Source: an uncultured Acidobacteriota bacterium
GTDB lineage: Bacteria > Acidobacteriota > B3-B38 > Guanabaribacteriales > CAZYAF01
Assembly: GCA_964645975.1 (NCBI GenBank)
Contig: CAZYAF010000011.1
Location: forward strand, 11,057-75,056
Reading direction: 5' to 3'
Length of the DNA stretch: 64,000 nt
The stretch's first letter is position 1. Each line of letters starts with the position of its first letter. Positions 60,447 through 64,000 of the stretch are shown piece by piece. Position numbers and translations under genes: made by a program. The notes under the pieces were generated by a model that was not told the origin of the DNA, searched no databases, and saw nothing but the letters and a program-made list of their open reading frames with translations.

Positions 60447-60647
60447 GGAGGCTCAGCTGAAACCACTGGGAGCACAGCTCGTGGAGCTGGATTTTCCCTT
60501 AGAAGAACTACTAAAAGAGGAGAGGAGCCTCTCGGGTTTATCCGCTTTGCACCGTGGGCAACATATCTCGCTATTATCCGCATTTATCCTTTGAATTACT
60601 TCAAAGCGATGTTTGCATTTGCGGCATTCATATTCATAAATTGGCAT
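60438..60647 (-). CDS. FmdB-family zinc-ribbon protein, probable selenoprotein (Sec at TGA 60453-60455)
   Basis: MPIYEYECRKC...CPRC zinc ribbon; tail SCAPSGFS-TGA-ASGG-TAA followed by a SECIS-like hairpin. Confidence 0.8.
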
Positions 60648-60826
60648 TTCCAACCAATCCTTTCTATCTTATTACATAAAAAATTTCTTCATTATTAATA
60701 TAACTCATCTGATTTATTTTATCAAGCAGTAAATATTTATCTAATCAGGTCTAAAGTTTCTTCTATTACATATTTTGAATAGAATATTTGAAATATACCC
60801 AGTATATAATAAAAAATATCTATATC

Positions 60827-60855
60827 TTGACAAATTTCTTTATATTAATTATAAA
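60827..60855 (+). promoter_or_regulatory. sigma70 promoter of the HTH-Panacea operon
   Basis: TTGACA-N17-TATAAA. Confidence 0.6.
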
Positions 60856-60881
60856 TAAATGTATACCATAGAGGATTTTAT

Positions 60882-61673
60882 ATGAAAGAGTTTTATCTAA
60901 AACTGGGCCAAAAAATAAAGAAAATAAGAGAAACTCTGGGGATTAGTCAGGAAAAGCTGGCAGAATTATGTGGTGTTCCCAGCTCAACCATCTCCCAAAT
61001 AGAAAATGGTGAGAGAAAAGTAACTGCAGATGAGTTAATAAAATTTGCAGATATATTGAATGTCTCCGTCGCAACTTTAACTGGGATAGAGAAAGATGCG
61101 AAGATTTTCTTAAGTAAAGCTAAAATGGATATGAAAAAATACCCTCAAATAAGAATAAATATACCGCAGAAAAATGTAGAAAAATTCAAAGAGGTGCTTC
61201 TTTATATCTTAAACCAGGTTGGCTGCAAAGCAAACCTTGGAGAAACGATAATTTATAAGCTGCTTTATTTTATTGACTTCGATTTCTACGAGAAATATGA
61301 GGAACAATTAATTGGTTTAACCTATATTAAAAATAAACATGGACCAACACCAATAAAGTTTAAAAAAGTTGTGGAAGAACTGATAAAAGAAAAAGAAATC
61401 GAGAAAATAGAGAGTCAGTATTATAACTATCCGCAGACAAAATATTTACCCTTAAGAAAGCCTGATCTTACTAAGCTGAAGGTGAATGAAGTGGAGTTAA
61501 TTGAAGATGTATTGAAAAAGCTTTCTGATATGAACGTAGCTCAAATAAATGAATATTCACATATTGATGTTCCCTGGATAACCACTGAAGATCAGGAGAT
61601 AATTGAATATGAAGCGGTTTTTTATCGAACAGCACCTTATTCAATAAGAGAATATAATGAAAATCTTTCATGA
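60882..61673 (+). CDS. XRE HTH fused to DUF4065/Panacea (SocA-like) antitoxin domain
   Basis: SQEKLAELCGVPSSTISQIENGER; KLLYFIDFDFYE...GLTYIKNKHGPTP...SHIDVPW. Confidence 0.8.
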   Translation: MKEFYLKLGQKIKKIRETLGISQEKLAELCGVPSSTISQIENGERKVTADELIKFADILNVSVATLTGIEKDAKIFLSKAKMDMKKYPQIRINIPQKNVEKFKEVLLYILNQVGCKANLGETIIYKLLYFIDFDFYEKYEEQLIGLTYIKNKHGPTPIKFKKVVEELIKEKEIEKIESQYYNYPQTKYLPLRKPDLTKLKVNEVELIEDVLKKLSDMNVAQINEYSHIDVPWITTEDQEIIEYEAVFYRTAPYSIREYNENLS

Positions 61674-62064
61674 AATTAAAATGTTACCTGAATTTGAGAA
61701 GGATATTAAAAGACTTATCAGGAGATTTATAACGTTAGAAGATGATTTGGATCTCTTTATTGCCAATCAGTTGTACCTTTACCATAAGCTAAAAATAGAT
61801 AATAAAGGAATTGTTACTATACCAGGTATACAGATAAAATATCCAGAGATATATAAAGCTATAAAGTTTGCCTGTAAATCTTTAAAAGGAACAGGTTCTT
61901 ATTCCGGCATACGAGTAGTTTATGCTTATTTTGAAGAGGTGGATAAGATTGAATTGATTGAGATATATTATGAAGAGGATAAAGTAAACGAAGATAGAGA
62001 GAGAATATTAAGATATTACATGGGAAAAGTGTTAGAAGACAAGAAAAACAGATATAAGGATTAA
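61657..62064 (+). CDS. RelE/HigB-like putative toxin
   Basis: Overlaps the antitoxin gene; FEKDIKRL, CKSLKGTGSYSGIRVVYAY, IELIEIYY. Confidence 0.6.
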   Translation: MKIFHEIKMLPEFEKDIKRLIRRFITLEDDLDLFIANQLYLYHKLKIDNKGIVTIPGIQIKYPEIYKAIKFACKSLKGTGSYSGIRVVYAYFEEVDKIELIEIYYEEDKVNEDRERILRYYMGKVLEDKKNRYKD

Positions 62065-62357
62065 TGCTGAACGTCTTCTTAACGATGTAGTTTTTATAAA
62101 TACTTATAAATATTTAGCTCATCACACTTTTGAGTAGCTGAATTGAATAGTTCAATTTAAAAATCTATCGCTCTCACCTTGCCAGATACTAATTCTTATG
62201 ATAAACCTAAAAATTTTATTAGGGATAGTTAAATAATTTAGTCTATAAGGTTTCCTTTCCTGAATAGTTTTTATTACTTATATTTAGAGATACAAAAATC
62301 CCCCTCCTTAATAAAATGTTATTTGATATGTTTATATTGTGATAATAAGAAATTGTA

Positions 62358-63164
62358 TTATTTTTTTAGATGCAGGAGCAGATCGAATCTATTCCGGCTA
62401 CTGAGTGTTTGTAAATTGCTAATTACTAATTCATTAGATGCTGCTGGAATCTGCTCTTTATCACTCACCTTTTGTATGGTAAATCGCTGACCACTGAATC
62501 CGCTTTGGTAAAAATTACCATCAATTCTATTGAAAGTCCCGTTGGGTTCAGCATTCACAATGACTGATGCATAGTAACCCGATTTGTCTTTCCACATCAT
62601 ATCAATGGTTCCGTCCGTTTTATATCTTCCGGTGATATCATCAGAATATAATCCTTGCCCCTTGTATTTCCATTGCGTTTCTCAAGTAAGGTCCCTGTCA
62701 TCCTGAATTAAATAGAGTTTTAGCTGTATGTCAACCCAACCCATATATAGATAGCCCTTCCAGCCACCGCTCAGCGATCTGACATTAATGATTTTTGTTG
62801 CGCTTGCCGTTGCACCTTTATCGTCGGTAACAGTAAGCTTTGCTGTAAATTTTCCTCCAGATCTGTAGGTATGATTAACAGTTTTGCCGCTCTTTGTTTC
62901 GCCATCACCGAAATCCCACTGGTAGCTGCTGATAGATTTACTGTGAAGAGATTGTCCCGAAAGTTGATTACCAGGATCAGTTGAGGCGCTTGCATTGAAC
63001 GTCACTTTAAAAGGGCAATTGCCAACAGAGAAGTTTACCGTGAAGGATGCAATAGGTGGCGAATTGCTTTCTGTCGGTGTTGCAGTGGAAGACCCATTGT
63101 CTTCACAAGCAATTAATGCAATGATTATAAAGAAGCTAAGTAGAGAAATTTTGAAATACCTTAT
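62358..63164 (-). pseudogene. PKD-domain lipoprotein gene with ATA in place of a start codon and an in-frame TGA (62682-62684)
   Basis: RBS aaagggag then ATC ATA AGG; lipobox LIAC; PKD motif FNASASTD...YQWDFGDG...LTVTDDKG; ORFs 62682-63005 and 62358-62600 share one frame (DDRDLT*ETQWKYKG...IDMMWKDK). Confidence 0.75.
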
Positions 63165-63428
63165 GATGTTAGCTCCCTTTAATGATTAATTATTATTAAG
63201 ACAATTGAAATATATGAATTCATTTCAATTAATTATAATAGATAGCCCAGTTAAATTGTAAAAATTAGGCTTTATATTTTCTAAATAATATCAAACTATT
63301 AAAAATATTATAAGTGGCTAATTTTTTTTATAATAAAAAATATATAGTAGTTTGTCAAGTTTTTTTGATAGGTAGCAAAGAACAATCCGCTCTTATTCTT
63401 CGCTATAAAGGTGGAGCAAGATAGATAT

Positions 63429-63455
63429 AAAAAAGCTCCTGCTTTTTGCAGAAGC
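63429..63455 (-). terminator. Intrinsic terminator after the radical SAM gene
   Basis: Minus strand gcttctgc-aaaaa-gcaggagc followed by tttttt. Confidence 0.65.
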
Positions 63456-63484
63456 AATAGTTAATGATGAGCAGAACTATGTTC

Positions 63485-64000
63485 TCATTCTTTGTTAGCT
63501 ACCAGAGCATAATAATACTCTGAGGAATCTTCAGAAGCTATCCTTCTTATCTTTTTTTCTTTTTCCAGGAGGTTAATATATTTTAGTATTTCGGTATAGT
63601 GAATACCAAGAGATGCGGCCATTTCCTGTGGCTTACAAGGGCGGCGTTCGAGCAGCTCGAGGATGGCCTCTTCGGCTTTAATGGTGGAATCATAGCGGGG
63701 TGTTTTGGAAAAATTCGCTATGATCTCAACTTCAGCATTGGTAACCTTCTGCAGGCCATCTCTTATTTCCTCCATCCTTTTCTGCGAGACAGGCATAGCT
63801 TCTGTGAGGCGGGGAGGCCGTATTACAGTATTTAACTGTATTTTATCAAGCTTAAGCTGGGGTATAAAACGAGTGAAAGCCTCTATTTCTTCAGGAGTAT
63901 CATTTATGCCCTTCACCAGCATGATCTCCAGGTAGAGCTTCCCGGGAAAAGTCCGAGAAAAATCCTTAAGTCCTTGCTTGATCCTCTCGAGATCCAGTCC
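63485..64000 (-). CDS. Radical SAM protein, C-terminal part (gene starts beyond the window)
   Basis: EIMLVKGINDT, KIQLNTVIRPP, C-terminal wHTH (LERRPC...MAASLG); the CxxxCxxC motif is not in the window. Confidence 0.6.
   Translation of the reverse strand, partial: GLDLERIKQGLKDFSRTFPGKLYLEIMLVKGINDTPEEIEAFTRFIPQLKLDKIQLNTVIRPPRLTEAMPVSQKRMEEIRDGLQKVTNAEVEIIANFSKTPRYDSTIKAEEAILELLERRPCKPQEMAASLGIHYTEILKYINLLEKEKKIRRIASEDSSEYYYALVANKE

Noticed and set aside
62682-62684. Selenocysteine or UGA=Gly/Trp recoding in the PKD gene
   Set aside because: No stem-loop with a G-led loop at the right spacing; many core genes here end in TGA with coupled downstream starts (leuC-like, hypB), so UGA is a normal stop.

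Overview
64-kb window of a moderately AT-rich bacterial chromosome using the standard code, probably from an anaerobe. The TPR/carboxypeptidase-regulatory protein, stand-alone TonB and the Hfq-like protein type suggest an Acidobacteriota/Aminicenantes-like lineage; this is inference only. Layout: (1) 0.5-8 kb: central-metabolism genes (isocitrate-type dehydrogenase, a LeuC/LeuD-like two-subunit hydratase that is probably the aconitase, mdh, two-subunit fumarase, ndk, M20 peptidase). (2) 8.9-15 kb: complete hypABFCDE hydrogenase-maturation operon plus a thioesterase. (3) 15-31 kb: accessory zone with a mosaic tandem duplication (PHP hydrolases), clusters of GTAG-type REP-like palindromes, and an array of minus-strand exported and defence-like genes, several preceded by a near-identical ECF-sigma-like promoter repeat. 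(4) 30.6-34.8 kb: AAA ATPase-PilZ-RecB/Cas4-like nuclease-agmatinase cluster. (5) 35-49 kb: TonB, TPR, diguanylate cyclase, GAF-MCP, pdxA, Hfq-like, ricT-holB-tmk, MEMO, acyl-CoA carboxylase. (6) 49.6-60.3 kb: cell-envelope cluster. (7) 60.4-64 kb: FmdB zinc-ribbon gene, HTH-Panacea/RelE-like pair, interrupted PKD lipoprotein gene, partial radical SAM gene. The strongest hidden signal is the FmdB gene: its apparent UGA stop is followed by a hairpin with the same geometry and GGUC loop as the E. coli fdhF SECIS, so it is likely a selenoprotein ending ...CAPSGFS-U-ASGG. No rRNA, tRNA, CRISPR array, transposase or integrase was recognised.
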